From the NCBI GenBank assembly GCA_020403045.1, contig JADBYK010000025.1:71136-135135 (forward strand): a stretch of DNA of 64,000 bases. Direction: 5' to 3'. The notes below the pieces were generated by a model. The model was not told where the DNA came from and made no database searches. It saw only the letters and a program-made list of their open reading frames with translations. The DNA is from Cytophagales bacterium. GTDB lineage: Bacteria > Bacteroidota > Bacteroidia > Cytophagales > Cyclobacteriaceae. A program made the translations under genes and the position numbers. Shown here one piece after another: positions 30,599 to 40,315 of this stretch (its first letter is position 1; every line of letters begins with the position of its first letter).

Positions 30599-30796
30599 CT
30601 ACGCTGCTAGTTGCAGCCCCTTTTTGCCTTTGCGCAATGCCTGGCGGATTTCCTTCATCGCTTCCTTTTTGAAAGAAGGACTATCCTTACCAGAATGGCT
30701 GACGATACTTTTGATGTAACCAAGTACCTCTTCCATTTGCACAAAATCCAGCGCATCTAAGCTCTGAAGAATGGCTAACTTTGGTGATTGTTTCAT
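30599..30796 (-). CDS. Small hypothetical protein (65 aa) ending ...LQLAA
   Basis: MKQSPKLAILQSLDALDFVQMEEVLGYIK...KEAMKEIRQAL, helical pattern. ATG 30796. Confidence 0.6.
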   Translation of the reverse strand: MKQSPKLAILQSLDALDFVQMEEVLGYIKSIVSHSGKDSPSFKKEAMKEIRQALRKGKKGLQLAA

Positions 30797-30956
30797 GACA
30801 ATTAGTGGTTGTCTGGTACAAATAACGGAAATTTTTATGTTCAGGTTTGCGTCCCCAAACAGCATTTCATCGAAACATAACATGGAAGTGCTTTTTTTGA
30901 CAAAATAGGAGAATTTTTAGCGGCACCAGCGATCTTAATTAACGAAAACGTCATCT

Positions 30957-32132
30957 GTGAAAGTATTAATCCTTCACCAGCACTTCAACCACCCGGTAAA
31001 GGGGGGCGCTATCCGCTCCTATTATTTAGCAAAAGCACTAATCGATAAAGGGTTTGAAACGGTTGTGATTACTGGACACAACGAGAAAATTTATAAAAAC
31101 GAAATAATTGATGGGATTGAGATTCACTACTTGCCTGTTGCCTACGACAATAAATTCGGGTTTGCCGCTCGATCATTCTCTTTCTTAAAATACAATTGGG
31201 CAGCGATTCAGATGGCCAATAAAATTCAGAATATCAACTACTGTTACGCAATTTCTGTGCCCCTCACCATTGGGCTTGCCGCGATGTGGTTAAAGACATT
31301 TCGCAAAATTCCCTTTCTTTTTGAAGTAGGTGACCTTTGGCCTGATGCTCCCATACAACTGGGGTTTGTTGAAAATTATTTTTTTAAACAGTTTTTGTTT
31401 TTCCTTGAGAAAAAAACGTATCGGTCTGCCAGAGCCGTGGTAGCACTTTCTCCAGCTATCGAAACAATGGTCAAAAAGAAAATGGGATCACCATCGATGA
31501 TACATCAGATCCCCAACATGGCTGACTGTGAATACTACCAATCGGAAACCAAGCGTACGGAGTTGGAAGAGAAATTCAAAGTAAAAGGAAAATTCGTGGT
31601 ATCCTACATTGGCGCGGTAGGTGTAGCCAATGGGCTCGATTATTTTCTCGAATGTGCAAATGCTTCTCGCAAAGCTGAACTCCCTATACAATTTGTTATT
31701 TGCGGAGAAGGGGCATTACGCGAACGACTGACGAAAAACGCACAACAATTAGGCTTAAGTAATCTTACGTTTGTCGATTTTCAAAACCGGCAAGGTGTAA
31801 AAGAGTTGCTAAATGTGACCGATGCTTCCTTCATTTGTTATAAAAATGTGCCCATTTTAGAAACTGGATCGCCTAACAAATTTTTTGATGGATTGGCGGC
31901 AGGCAAATTGATAATTGTCAATTTTGGTGGGTGGATAAAGGACGAAATCGAAGAGGCGTGTTGCGGAATATTTGTTGACCCTAATCATCCTACTGATTTT
32001 GTAAAGAAGATTTCAAGTTTTCTTTCTGATCCGGTTCGATTGAAAAGTTATCAAGCAGCGTCTAGGAAACTGGCTGAAATAAAGTACTCCAGAAAGTTTT
32101 TGTCACAAAAATTTTCTAGCTTGTTTGTGTAA
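30957..32132 (+). CDS. Glycosyltransferase family 4 (WbuB-like)
   Basis: ILHQHF..P..GGAIRSY, FEVGDLWPD and SPNKFFDGLAAGK. GTG start. Confidence 0.9.
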   Translation: MKVLILHQHFNHPVKGGAIRSYYLAKALIDKGFETVVITGHNEKIYKNEIIDGIEIHYLPVAYDNKFGFAARSFSFLKYNWAAIQMANKIQNINYCYAISVPLTIGLAAMWLKTFRKIPFLFEVGDLWPDAPIQLGFVENYFFKQFLFFLEKKTYRSARAVVALSPAIETMVKKKMGSPSMIHQIPNMADCEYYQSETKRTELEEKFKVKGKFVVSYIGAVGVANGLDYFLECANASRKAELPIQFVICGEGALRERLTKNAQQLGLSNLTFVDFQNRQGVKELLNVTDASFICYKNVPILETGSPNKFFDGLAAGKLIIVNFGGWIKDEIEEACCGIFVDPNHPTDFVKKISSFLSDPVRLKSYQAASRKLAEIKYSRKFLSQKFSSLFV

Positions 32133-32142
32133 CGGTTCAATT

Positions 32143-32286
32143 ATGGGTAAAAAGAAAGCGAAGACTCCAATAAAAAAAAATGAGGCAAAGAAGGGTGCTC
32201 CGTTGCCAATACAAGAACTGGAGAAACCTTTTGATTTTGGTGGATTACCTAAGCAGGATTTGAAAAAAAGCCTTGGCTGTGGCTGA
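32143..32286 (+). CDS. Small basic protein (47 aa) ending FDFGGLPKQDLKKSLGCG
   Basis: Manual translation of ATG 32143 to TGA 32286, starting 10 nt after the GT4 stop. Below the track length cutoff. Confidence 0.65.
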   Translation: MGKKKAKTPIKKNEAKKGAPLPIQELEKPFDFGGLPKQDLKKSLGCG

Positions 32287-32546
32287 TGTATAAAACTGCC
32301 TACTTTTTGGCGCTTAGCGTTTTCTAGATTTGCTTACATAGTTGAAAGTACATGAAGGTGCTTGGGAAGTTTAGGCGATTTTGTAATCTGTTTTTTTTGC
32401 TTGGTGTACTTTTTAATTATATCAGAAATTCCTTATTTGAATCCGCTGCCTTACTGGCCGCGTTTCAGGCAGCCGGTTGGCCGTGGCAGTTATGAGGAAA
32501 TTTCGTTTTGAGCAACCTGCTATCCGCACAAACGTTAGAGTTAATT

Positions 32547-33128
32547 ATGAAAAAAAAGCTAGCTCCATTAATTGCTATATTAGTTTTGTCTGGATCATGT
32601 TCAGTTGAAAAACTGCATCAGATGAAGCAAACTCAAAAGCGAACGGAATTTGAGCAAATGGACTTTGACGACTTGGCTAAGCTCTATATGACAAAGAAAA
32701 TCGGTGAAAATGAGTTGGAGGGGATTTACTCGGTGTCGCATATTATCGTGAAAAGAGCAAAAGGGTTTCTTTCTTCCGTGGAAAAGGAAAAAGTGGTGGA
32801 TCGTAAAGAAAATTTTGGACGGGTGGCAATTTTCAGCGATCAGGGGAAATCGGCCCGGAACTTTTTTGAGGTACCTCTCACCGATAGTCGCCAACTATCT
32901 CACTCCATCCGCGGAGAGTTTATCAAAGCAGCGGAAGGAAATATTTTGATTTATAAGCACTTCGAGCCAAGAAAAAAAGTACTGACGTATACCTTTACCT
33001 ACGATGAAGAAAAGAACATGTTAGAAGGTATCCGGACGGAAAACAACGGTAATGCAGTCATTACATACACCCTCACGTACATAAAACTTTTCCCCAAATC
33101 GGATTTTGAACCACGGGCCAAAAACTAA
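32547..33128 (+). CDS. Hypothetical lipoprotein
   Basis: MKKKLAPLIAILVLSGSC lipobox. ATG 32547. Confidence 0.7.
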   Translation: MKKKLAPLIAILVLSGSCSVEKLHQMKQTQKRTEFEQMDFDDLAKLYMTKKIGENELEGIYSVSHIIVKRAKGFLSSVEKEKVVDRKENFGRVAIFSDQGKSARNFFEVPLTDSRQLSHSIRGEFIKAAEGNILIYKHFEPRKKVLTYTFTYDEEKNMLEGIRTENNGNAVITYTLTYIKLFPKSDFEPRAKN

Positions 33129-33217
33129 AAAAGCTGCACTCAGCAGCTTCCTTGGTTTCGAAATATTGCTGACAAACAATACTAAAACCTGTTTTGTGCA
33201 ACAAAATCCATTTTGAG

Positions 33218-35650
33218 TCAAATACTCTCCGCAAAGAAAATACGTTTCACGCGCTCGCTTGTGTTGGTCAGTATTTCGTAAGGTATAGTGTTAATACTGG
33301 CGGCTACTTCCTGAATTGGATTCTCTGCTCCAAAAACGATTACTTCATCGCCTTCCTGTGCATCAATGTTGGTGACATCCACCATCGTCATGTCCATACA
33401 CACGTTGCCTACCACGGGTGCTTTCTTACCTCTGATAGAAACAACACCTTTTCCTTTGCTAAATCCACGGCTAAATCCATCTGCGTAACCAATCGCAATG
33501 GTGGCAAGGCTCATATCATTTTCTGCTTTGCCTTTTCTTCCATACCCAATCGTTTCTCCCTTCCCAATTTTTTTTATCTGAGAGACAATTGTTTTTAACG
33601 TGGCCACAGGCTGCAATTGATCAACCTTTCCCTCGGTTGGATTGACGCCATACAAACCGATACCAAGTCGAACCATCTCCATTTGAAAATCCGGAAAACG
33701 TAAAATGCCGGGAGAGTTAAGAATATGTCGCAGTGGTTTTATCCCTAGTGAGTCGGCCAATATTTTATAAAAGTGTTGAAACCGATCAAACTGTTCTTGT
33801 GAAAATCCATCATGGGCGGCCTCGTCTGCACCTGCCAAGTGAGAGTAAACAGAAGCAATAGAAATCGATGGATGGCTTTTTAAAATGGCAATTATTTCGG
33901 GCAAGTCGCCCTCATCAAATCCCAATCGGTGCATTCCTGTGTCCACCTCAACATGAATCGTCATGGGTCTTCCTTCAATAAATTGCGAAAAAGCACGAAG
34001 CATTTTCAAACTATACATCACCGGCTCTAAACAATGCGAAAGCAGGGTTGGAAAATTCTCTTCAGCCGGGTTCATGACCATAATGGGCAGTGAAATATTA
34101 TTCTTCCGAAGTTCAACTCCTTCGTCTGCATAAGCGACACCTAAGTAGTCAACCTTGTGATATTGTAGTAAGTTGGCTACCTCCTCGCTGCCGCTGCCAT
34201 AGGCAAAGGCTTTAACCATCGCCATTAGTTTTACGCCCGGCTTCAACTTCGACTTAAAAAAATTCAGGTTATGCACCATCTTGTTCAAATCAATCTCCAT
34301 CACCGTGCCATGCACTTTGCGTTGAAGTTGTTGAACGATCTTCTCGAATTGAAAAGGTCTTGCACCTTTAACTAAAATGAGTTCACTTTCAAAATTCTCC
34401 CATTTCACACTTCGCAAAAATTCCTCGGTGGTCAGAAAGAAATTTGCTTTTATATCTCTAAAATGTGCTTGATGGGAACTAAGTATCAAACCAATCCCAA
34501 CGAAAGAAAATATTCCGCTTTGAATCAGTAATGCCTTGATACGATCCACTAATTCTATTTCATCAAGTCCCGATTGAAGAATGTCGGAGAGAATGAGTGT
34601 TTTCTTTTTTTTCTGTAAGCTGTTTAGAAAGTCGAGACTGATTTTTAATCCTGCCAAATCATTGTTATAGGTATCATCTATTACCTGACAGCGGTTGACG
34701 CCCTGTTTCAGTTCCAGGCGCATCGGCACCGATTTCAATTGGCAGACACGTTCTTGAATGATTGCTGGCGAATAGCCTAAATGAAGCATGACTGCCACAC
34801 AATGAAAGCAATTTTCAATGGAGGCTTTGTCTGCAAAAGGAAGTTGTATTGAAATCAGCTGCGCTTGATAACTCAACTCATATCCTGTAGTAGTCTGCTT
34901 TATTTTAATCGTTGCTTTCTCACTACTTCCCCACGTGAGCGAAGGGATTTTCTTGAGCTGAATCACTTTATGCAATTCCGAATGATCTGCGCAGTAGATC
35001 AGCAAATCAACACGTGAAAAGAGTTTTAATTTTTCTTCAATCTTTTCGGTTCGAGTCGCAAACCCTTCATCATGGGCGGTGCCGATATTGGTGAAAATGC
35101 CAATCGTTGGCCGGATCACCTTCTCCAGCTTTTCCATTTCACCAGGCAGTGAAATTCCCGCCTCAAAAATGCCCAGTTGGTGATTGGGTTGTAAGCCCCA
35201 AACAGAAAGAGGCACACCTATTTGCGAATTGTAACTGCCAGGATTTTTTGCAACGTTCTTATCCGCTGATAAGATTTGAAAAAGCCATTCTTTGATAATC
35301 GTCTTTCCGTTGCTCCCGGTGATACCAATAACTGGAATTGAAAAACTTCTTCTGTGCTCCGCTGCAATGGCCTGTAGCGCAGCAAGCACTGAGGTAACCT
35401 GAATGAAGTTTCCCTCTGGAAAAAACTTGAAGTCTGCCCCGTTTTCAACTACGAATTGTCGAATGCCGAGATGATATAATTCAGCTATGTATTGATGGCC
35501 ATCATGCCTTTCTCCACGCAATGCAAAAAAAACAGACTCGTCCGATATGATTGGCTTGCGACTGTCTGTGACCAGTGTACTTACATTTCTATCTCTAGCA
35601 AGCTGAATGATGTTGCCTCCGGTTATTTTATCTAGGTCTGAGAAACGCAT
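33218..35650 (-). CDS. alr: Bifunctional MurF-like ligase / alanine racemase
   Basis: Mur ligase GITGSNGKT and DDTYN, fused to Alr AMVKAFAYG, HVEVDTGMHRLG and GRVCMD-like GNVCMDM. Confidence 0.95.
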   Translation of the reverse strand: MRFSDLDKITGGNIIQLARDRNVSTLVTDSRKPIISDESVFFALRGERHDGHQYIAELYHLGIRQFVVENGADFKFFPEGNFIQVTSVLAALQAIAAEHRRSFSIPVIGITGSNGKTIIKEWLFQILSADKNVAKNPGSYNSQIGVPLSVWGLQPNHQLGIFEAGISLPGEMEKLEKVIRPTIGIFTNIGTAHDEGFATRTEKIEEKLKLFSRVDLLIYCADHSELHKVIQLKKIPSLTWGSSEKATIKIKQTTTGYELSYQAQLISIQLPFADKASIENCFHCVAVMLHLGYSPAIIQERVCQLKSVPMRLELKQGVNRCQVIDDTYNNDLAGLKISLDFLNSLQKKKKTLILSDILQSGLDEIELVDRIKALLIQSGIFSFVGIGLILSSHQAHFRDIKANFFLTTEEFLRSVKWENFESELILVKGARPFQFEKIVQQLQRKVHGTVMEIDLNKMVHNLNFFKSKLKPGVKLMAMVKAFAYGSGSEEVANLLQYHKVDYLGVAYADEGVELRKNNISLPIMVMNPAEENFPTLLSHCLEPVMYSLKMLRAFSQFIEGRPMTIHVEVDTGMHRLGFDEGDLPEIIAILKSHPSISIASVYSHLAGADEAAHDGFSQEQFDRFQHFYKILADSLGIKPLRHILNSPGILRFPDFQMEMVRLGIGLYGVNPTEGKVDQLQPVATLKTIVSQIKKIGKGETIGYGRKGKAENDMSLATIAIGYADGFSRGFSKGKGVVSIRGKKAPVVGNVCMDMTMVDVTNIDAQEGDEVIVFGAENPIQEVAASINTIPYEILTNTSERVKRIFFAESI

Positions 35651-35691
35651 GAGTTTTGTTTTTTACCGCCAAGGCATGAATAGCTACCAAA

Positions 35692-36024
35692 TTAAAATAA
35701 CCTCGACCCATTCGGAACTTTCCTTTCGATAGAAGTCAACACTACGTTTTCTTCCTCATCGGGAAAGCCAGTCACCAATACCTCTGAGATGAAATTGGCA
35801 ACTTGCTTAGGTGGAAAATTGACCACACAGACCACTTGTCTGCCAACTAGTTCGTCCGGACGGTACAACTTAGTGATCTGGGCACTCGATTTTTTTACCC
35901 CTAAATCAGGGCCTAAATCTACCCAAACCTTGATTGCGGGCTTTTTCAGGCCTTCAAAAGGCTCAGTTTTTATAACTGTGCCTGCCCGAAAGTCAATTTT
36001 TATGAAGTCATCCCACGTTATCAT
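35692..36024 (-). CDS. csaA: tRNA-binding / export chaperone CsaA
   Basis: KKSSAQIT..Y, VVNFPPKQVANFISEVLVTG and VPNGSRLF. Confidence 0.9.
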   Translation of the reverse strand: MITWDDFIKIDFRAGTVIKTEPFEGLKKPAIKVWVDLGPDLGVKKSSAQITKLYRPDELVGRQVVCVVNFPPKQVANFISEVLVTGFPDEEENVVLTSIERKVPNGSRLF

Positions 36025-36091
36025 CAGAAAAAATTCTATTTTGCATAGCTAAAACCCAAAGTAACGGGGTTCGTTAGAGACTTTCAGTTGC

Positions 36092-36445
36092 ATGCAGCAA
36101 AAATATCTTCATAGTCTGGTTATTTTGATTGCCCTGAGTGGCTTGCTGGTCTATTCTGTGCAGGCGCAAGAAAATCTTCCCATCGACCCGCAAGAGAAAG
36201 AAATCAAGGAGCTAAATAATCACCCGGAATTGAATCTGGACGATGATAAAACCCTCCTTCTCGAATCCGAAGGCCAGAAGCCAAGTACTAGCCAGACCAT
36301 CTCAAAAGAAACTGTAACTGTAAACAAGTCAGCAAAATCAAAATCAGACAAAGCCCATCCCGATAAAGAAGAGGAAGACGCTCTCTCTTTTAATTTTCTT
36401 TATTACATCATCCAGAAGTTCAAGATTTCGGATATCGTTGATTAG
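36092..36445 (+). CDS. Secreted hypothetical protein, disordered core with aromatic C-terminal motif
   Basis: Signal peptide, charged low-complexity middle, ends [21 protein letters not shown]. Confidence 0.65.
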   Translation: MQQKYLHSLVILIALSGLLVYSVQAQENLPIDPQEKEIKELNNHPELNLDDDKTLLLESEGQKPSTSQTISKETVTVNKSAKSKSDKAHPDKEEEDALSFNFLYYIIQKFKISDIVD

Positions 36446-37650
36446 ATCGGCCACGGGTCAGCGAATTTATCTTTCGCCTTCCATGCAATCAGTTCATTTG
36501 TCGTAAGTAAACATTTCTGTAGTTCGTTTTTGATAATTTCCGGATTGAGCTCTGTTCCGATAATCACCAACTCGTTCATCCGGTCGCCAAACTCTTTATC
36601 CCATTTTTTCATTAGCTGTTCCTGGTTTTCCATAAAATCGGCTCTGGCTACACGCTGCGCCATGGACATAGACGCCCACCACTTGCCATACATCTCCGCT
36701 TTGGAAGAACCCCCGGCTTGACTCCAAAGAATGGCATCACTTGGCCTGGAGGCAAGCCAAAACATGCCTTTACTTCGAATCACATTCATAGGCCAATTCG
36801 TTTGTACAAAATCCCAAAAACGCTGTGGGTGAAAGGGTCTGCGATCTCGAAAAACAAAGGAGCTGATCCCATATTCCTCGGTTTCAGGAGTGTGTTCATT
36901 GTTTAACTCTTTTAACCAGCCTGCTGATTGTTGAGCCTTTTCAAAATCAAAAAGGCCAGTGTTTAAAATTTGTTTCAAGTCAATCTTCCCATGGTCGGCT
37001 TTGATAAGTTTTGCATCGGGATTGAGTTTTATCAAGATGCCCTCCAGCAACTTTAATTTTTCGGCTGGCACCAAATCTACTTTATTGAGCACGATCACAT
37101 TCGCAAACTCGATTTGATCGGTTAGTAGGTTGACGATACTCCGATCATCTTCCATTTCGCCCGTTAGTTTGCGGTCTTTCAATCGCTCTGCCGAACCAAA
37201 ATCATTGAAAAAATTAAACGCATCGACTACCGTCACCATGGTATCTAGCTGCGAGTATTTGGTGAGGTCGAGCAATTCATCACCTGAAGCAAAACTAAAT
37301 GTTTGTGCTACCGGCAATGGCTCCGATATACCTGTGCTTTCGATCAACAAGTAATCAAACTTCTTTTGCTTGGCGAGTTTTTCCACCTCAATCATCAAAT
37401 CTTCGCGCAGTGTGCAGCAGATACAGCCGTTGCTCATTTCCACCAACTTCTCCTCGGTGCGCGAGAGTTTGATTTCGTTTTTAACCAATTGAGCATCGAT
37501 ATTTACCTCGCTCATGTCGTTGACGATCACAGCTACGCGGAGTCCTTCTCGATTCGAGAGTATATGATTGAGCAACGTGGTCTTTCCTGCTCCCAAAAAT
37601 CCGCTTAGAACGGTAACAGGCAATTTCTTTGCCTTAAATGGATTTATCAT
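36442..37650 (-). CDS. COG0523/CobW family GTPase metallochaperone (ZigA/YciC-like)
   Basis: [33 protein letters not shown], and a CobW_C ELVIIG motif. Confidence 0.95.
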   Translation of the reverse strand: MINPFKAKKLPVTVLSGFLGAGKTTLLNHILSNREGLRVAVIVNDMSEVNIDAQLVKNEIKLSRTEEKLVEMSNGCICCTLREDLMIEVEKLAKQKKFDYLLIESTGISEPLPVAQTFSFASGDELLDLTKYSQLDTMVTVVDAFNFFNDFGSAERLKDRKLTGEMEDDRSIVNLLTDQIEFANVIVLNKVDLVPAEKLKLLEGILIKLNPDAKLIKADHGKIDLKQILNTGLFDFEKAQQSAGWLKELNNEHTPETEEYGISSFVFRDRRPFHPQRFWDFVQTNWPMNVIRSKGMFWLASRPSDAILWSQAGGSSKAEMYGKWWASMSMAQRVARADFMENQEQLMKKWDKEFGDRMNELVIIGTELNPEIIKNELQKCLLTTNELIAWKAKDKFADPWPI

Positions 37651-38026
37651 AACCAGTTTGTAGTTTTTTTAATCTTGTTTGAATGTCAGTCAGCTGTTGT
37701 CTCAGTTCCTGTTGTACCGACAGCATTTGATCAGGTGTTAGCTCTACTACTTTATGCGAATGAAAATGTTTGTGCTGGTGATGGGTTGACTCATTCACGG
37801 GGACATCTACCATTTCATTTTCCCATTTGGCTATCTCCCGTTCAATTTTTGCGATGGAATCTATGAGCGCTGGATTTTTCCTTAGTGATTGAATAGTTGC
37901 CTGAATATTATCTAAAACAGAAAACGATTCTTGCTGAATAGCCGCTGCCTTTTTTAGTAAGGCATTTTCTTTTTGTGAGCAGCTTAGAGCCAGCATCATG
38001 CCTGTTAGGAAAAGTACTGTCTTCAT
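37634..38026 (-). CDS. His-rich helical lipoprotein
   Basis: Lipobox ALSC and a [11 protein letters not shown] segment. Confidence 0.75.
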   Translation of the reverse strand: MKTVLFLTGMMLALSCSQKENALLKKAAAIQQESFSVLDNIQATIQSLRKNPALIDSIAKIEREIAKWENEMVDVPVNESTHHQHKHFHSHKVVELTPDQMLSVQQELRQQLTDIQTRLKKLQTGYDKSI

Positions 38027-38454
38027 GGAGTAAGTATCTCAGCTTCATCTAAGATGAAATTCATGTGATTGACATCCGTTCCGTTAAGGCGTAATTTCCC
38101 TTTCACCGTAATGATCTGGTCGGCTTTTAATTTGGGTCGCTTCGTTTTAAAATTGATTTCGGCTACCGATTCAGGGCCAGCACCCCCACAAAAGAAACAA
38201 GAGGCATAGGGATTTTTTGAAAGTACAATGGCGTTGCCCTCTAAATCAAAAGGAATGTAGTGGCCCTTCAAACTAAACTCTTTTCCAATTTTTGCACGCA
38301 ACTCGGGCGTAAAGGACGGAACCAGAAAGTACTCGTTCATCTCTTTAAAAAAAGTGGAAGTGAACTTAACGCGGGCGAGTGTCATCCATCCATCTTCGGG
38401 ATCAGACGGAAAAAAGAAGTGAGCCGCAAAAACGATCGTGCTAATTAGCTTCAT
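38023..38454 (-). CDS. DUF3299-like protein
   Basis: W.TL..V, LKGHYIP, SCFFCGGAGP and an OB-like VKGKLRLN segment. Confidence 0.8.
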   Translation of the reverse strand: MKLISTIVFAAHFFFPSDPEDGWMTLARVKFTSTFFKEMNEYFLVPSFTPELRAKIGKEFSLKGHYIPFDLEGNAIVLSKNPYASCFFCGGAGPESVAEINFKTKRPKLKADQIITVKGKLRLNGTDVNHMNFILDEAEILTP

Positions 38455-38462
38455 AAAGTGGC

Positions 38463-38849
38463 TTATTGTTCGCGCGTCATTTTTTTATGAAGTTTCCAAT
38501 TCACCAGATGAGCAAGTGCGAGACACACGGCCCCCACTGAAGTGAAGAGTACTTCCCATAAGCTAGATAACTCAATTCTACCAATGATGATCAGGAACAC
38601 TCCCAATACAAAAATTAAAATGGGAGAAAGCCGGTGATGATGATTGATGTAAGACGGTAATAAAGAAGCAAGCGCGAGAAAAAAACTTATGCCTAACACG
38701 CCTCTCTCAATTGAACGGTCAGCCAGGAAATGGAGGCCTTGAAAGAACGATAAAGTGAGCAGCACTGGAACAAACGCACAATGCACGGCACACAGCAGTG
38801 AAGCGGAGAAACCTAACGCGTCTAAGTAATGGGTAAAAAAACTTTTCAT
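38463..38849 (-). CDS. MerC domain membrane protein
   Basis: LDALGFSASLLCAVHC...P and AHLVNW. Four TM segments. ATG 38849. Confidence 0.88.
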   Translation of the reverse strand: MKSFFTHYLDALGFSASLLCAVHCAFVPVLLTLSFFQGLHFLADRSIERGVLGISFFLALASLLPSYINHHHRLSPILIFVLGVFLIIIGRIELSSLWEVLFTSVGAVCLALAHLVNWKLHKKMTREQ

Positions 38850-38870
38850 CAAAAAAAGCAGAAGAATTAA

Positions 38871-38885
38871 TGCAACAATGTTGCA
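38871..38885. promoter_or_regulatory. Palindromic operator 1, TGCAACAATGTTGCA (putative Zur/Fur-family box)
   Basis: Perfect 7-1-7 inverted repeat overlapping the minus-strand -7 element TATATTTG (38884-38891). Confidence 0.8.
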
Positions 38886-38908
38886 AATATAGGCCAGGTC
38901 AGCTAATA

Positions 38909-38923
38909 TGCAACATTGTTGCA
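38909..38923. promoter_or_regulatory. Palindromic operator 2, TGCAACATTGTTGCA
   Basis: Perfect 7-1-7 inverted repeat containing the minus-strand -33 TTG (38911-38913), 19 nt from the -7. Lies 5 nt before ATG 38929. Confidence 0.8.
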
Positions 38924-38928
38924 TTAAT

Positions 38929-39576
38929 ATGTTATCACTATCATTTTTTGACATCAAAAAGCCAAAAGCATTGGCGGCACAATCGCTTGACGAATTATCA
39001 GGAATAGGTAAGCCTGATACCAACTTGGCCTACTATCAAAGGCCTGTAGATGAAGATATCCATCTTTTTGCTCAAACGCTTCTCGCCAAGGATTTTAGAG
39101 GATTTGACGCGGTGGTGAGTTCCCATTCAATAAAAGAGGTAGTTGCGAATGAATTAGATAAGGTGGCCGTTCACACGTCCGGTAAAATTGGGCTAGCTGA
39201 AGACATTGCCAACCTAACCCAGCTCTTTATTTCCATCACCCGACAAGAACACACACACCTGTATTTGAAACTTGTGAGTGACGATGCCTGCAGAAAATTC
39301 CACACCGATCGGTACGACTTACGACTGCTCTGCACCTACGTGGGGGCAGGCACAGAATGGATAGAAGACCGCTACGTGAATCGAAACAAGTTGGTGGGCG
39401 GAGACAACGAATCCATTGTCAAAGACGCGAGCAAAATAAAAACCATGCAGCCTTTTGAAGTAGGTATTTTAAAAGGTGAAGCATCGCTGCAAAATAAAGG
39501 AAAGGGCATAGTGCATCGCTCTCCACCTATCCAACACAAAAACGAAAAACGACTCTTGTTACGATTAGACTATTAA
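38929..39576 (+). CDS. DUF1826 domain protein (2OG-Fe(II) oxygenase-like fold)
   Basis: CRKFHTD...RLLCTYVGAGTEW and GIVHRSPP...RLLLRLD. Confidence 0.88.
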   Translation: MLSLSFFDIKKPKALAAQSLDELSGIGKPDTNLAYYQRPVDEDIHLFAQTLLAKDFRGFDAVVSSHSIKEVVANELDKVAVHTSGKIGLAEDIANLTQLFISITRQEHTHLYLKLVSDDACRKFHTDRYDLRLLCTYVGAGTEWIEDRYVNRNKLVGGDNESIVKDASKIKTMQPFEVGILKGEASLQNKGKGIVHRSPPIQHKNEKRLLLRLDY

Positions 39577-39590
39577 ACTCAATTATTGAT

Positions 39591-40289
39591 ATGCTAGAAG
39601 CAAAACAACTCAGCAAAAGCTACCAAGGTAAAGAAGCACTAAAACCCACCAGTTTTACCGTCAACAAAGGAGACATCTTTTGTCTGCTTGGCGCGAATGG
39701 CGCAGGCAAAACCACAACAATCAACCTCTTTCTCAATTTCATTCAACCATCCGGAGGTCAGGCATTGATTGGTGGAAAAGATGTGGTGAAAGAACCGCTC
39801 GAAACGAAGAAACTGCTTACCTACATTCCTGAAAACCTGATGCTCTATCCGAATTTGACGGGATTAGAGAACCTCGAATATTTCAGCGGGCTTGCCAACA
39901 AAAAATATCAGAAAGAAGAATTTCTGAAATTCTTAACGGAGGCCGGCCTGCAAGCCGAAGCACACGACAAGAGAATTTCTACGTACTCCAAAGGGATGCG
40001 GCAGAAAGTTGGCATTGCGCTGGCTTTGGCCAAAGATGCGCAAGTGCTACTGTTGGACGAACCTACTTCAGGATTAGACCCGAAAGCAAGCAACGAGTTT
40101 TCGGAATTGCTGACCAAACTGAGCAAGAAAGGAGTGGCTACGCTCATGGCTACCCATGATCTTTTCCGAGCCAAAGAAACGGGCACACACATTGGCATGA
40201 TGCGCGAAGGCAGTTTAGTAGAACAGCTTACCACGGATCAAATCAACCATACGGATTTAGAAAAATTGTATTTGAAACACATGAATTAA
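39591..40289 (+). CDS. ABC transporter ATP-binding protein
   Basis: Walker A GANGAGKTT, signature YSKGMRQK, Walker B LLLDEPTSGLD. Confidence 0.96.
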   Translation: MLEAKQLSKSYQGKEALKPTSFTVNKGDIFCLLGANGAGKTTTINLFLNFIQPSGGQALIGGKDVVKEPLETKKLLTYIPENLMLYPNLTGLENLEYFSGLANKKYQKEEFLKFLTEAGLQAEAHDKRISTYSKGMRQKVGIALALAKDAQVLLLDEPTSGLDPKASNEFSELLTKLSKKGVATLMATHDLFRAKETGTHIGMMREGSLVEQLTTDQINHTDLEKLYLKHMN

Positions 40290-40315
40290 AACATCAAAAA
40301 GCGATATCACCCAAA

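Noticed and set aside
30838-30849. ATGTTCAGGTTT identical to part of the second fic operator
   Set aside because: The matching half-site 15 nt downstream is missing (ACAGCAT), so it is likely chance.
32284-32328. Possible selenocysteine read-through at GGC-TGT-GGC-TGA-TGT
   Set aside because: No convincing SECIS hairpin follows, the extension is short, and TGA works as an ordinary stop.
32300-32520. GC-rich hairpins and a Lys-rich minus-strand frame upstream of the 32547 lipoprotein
   Set aside because: The frame has no start codon and the hairpins match no riboswitch core I recognise.
33218-35650. MurF-alanine racemase fusion
   Set aside because: Striking, but a well-known and widespread Bacteroidota feature.
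38908-38928. Track start extensions reading MQHCC (38908 and 52478) and the long MerC extension to 39023
   Set aside because: These are translations of the palindromic operator, not real N-termini. Downstream ATGs give normal starts or signal peptides.
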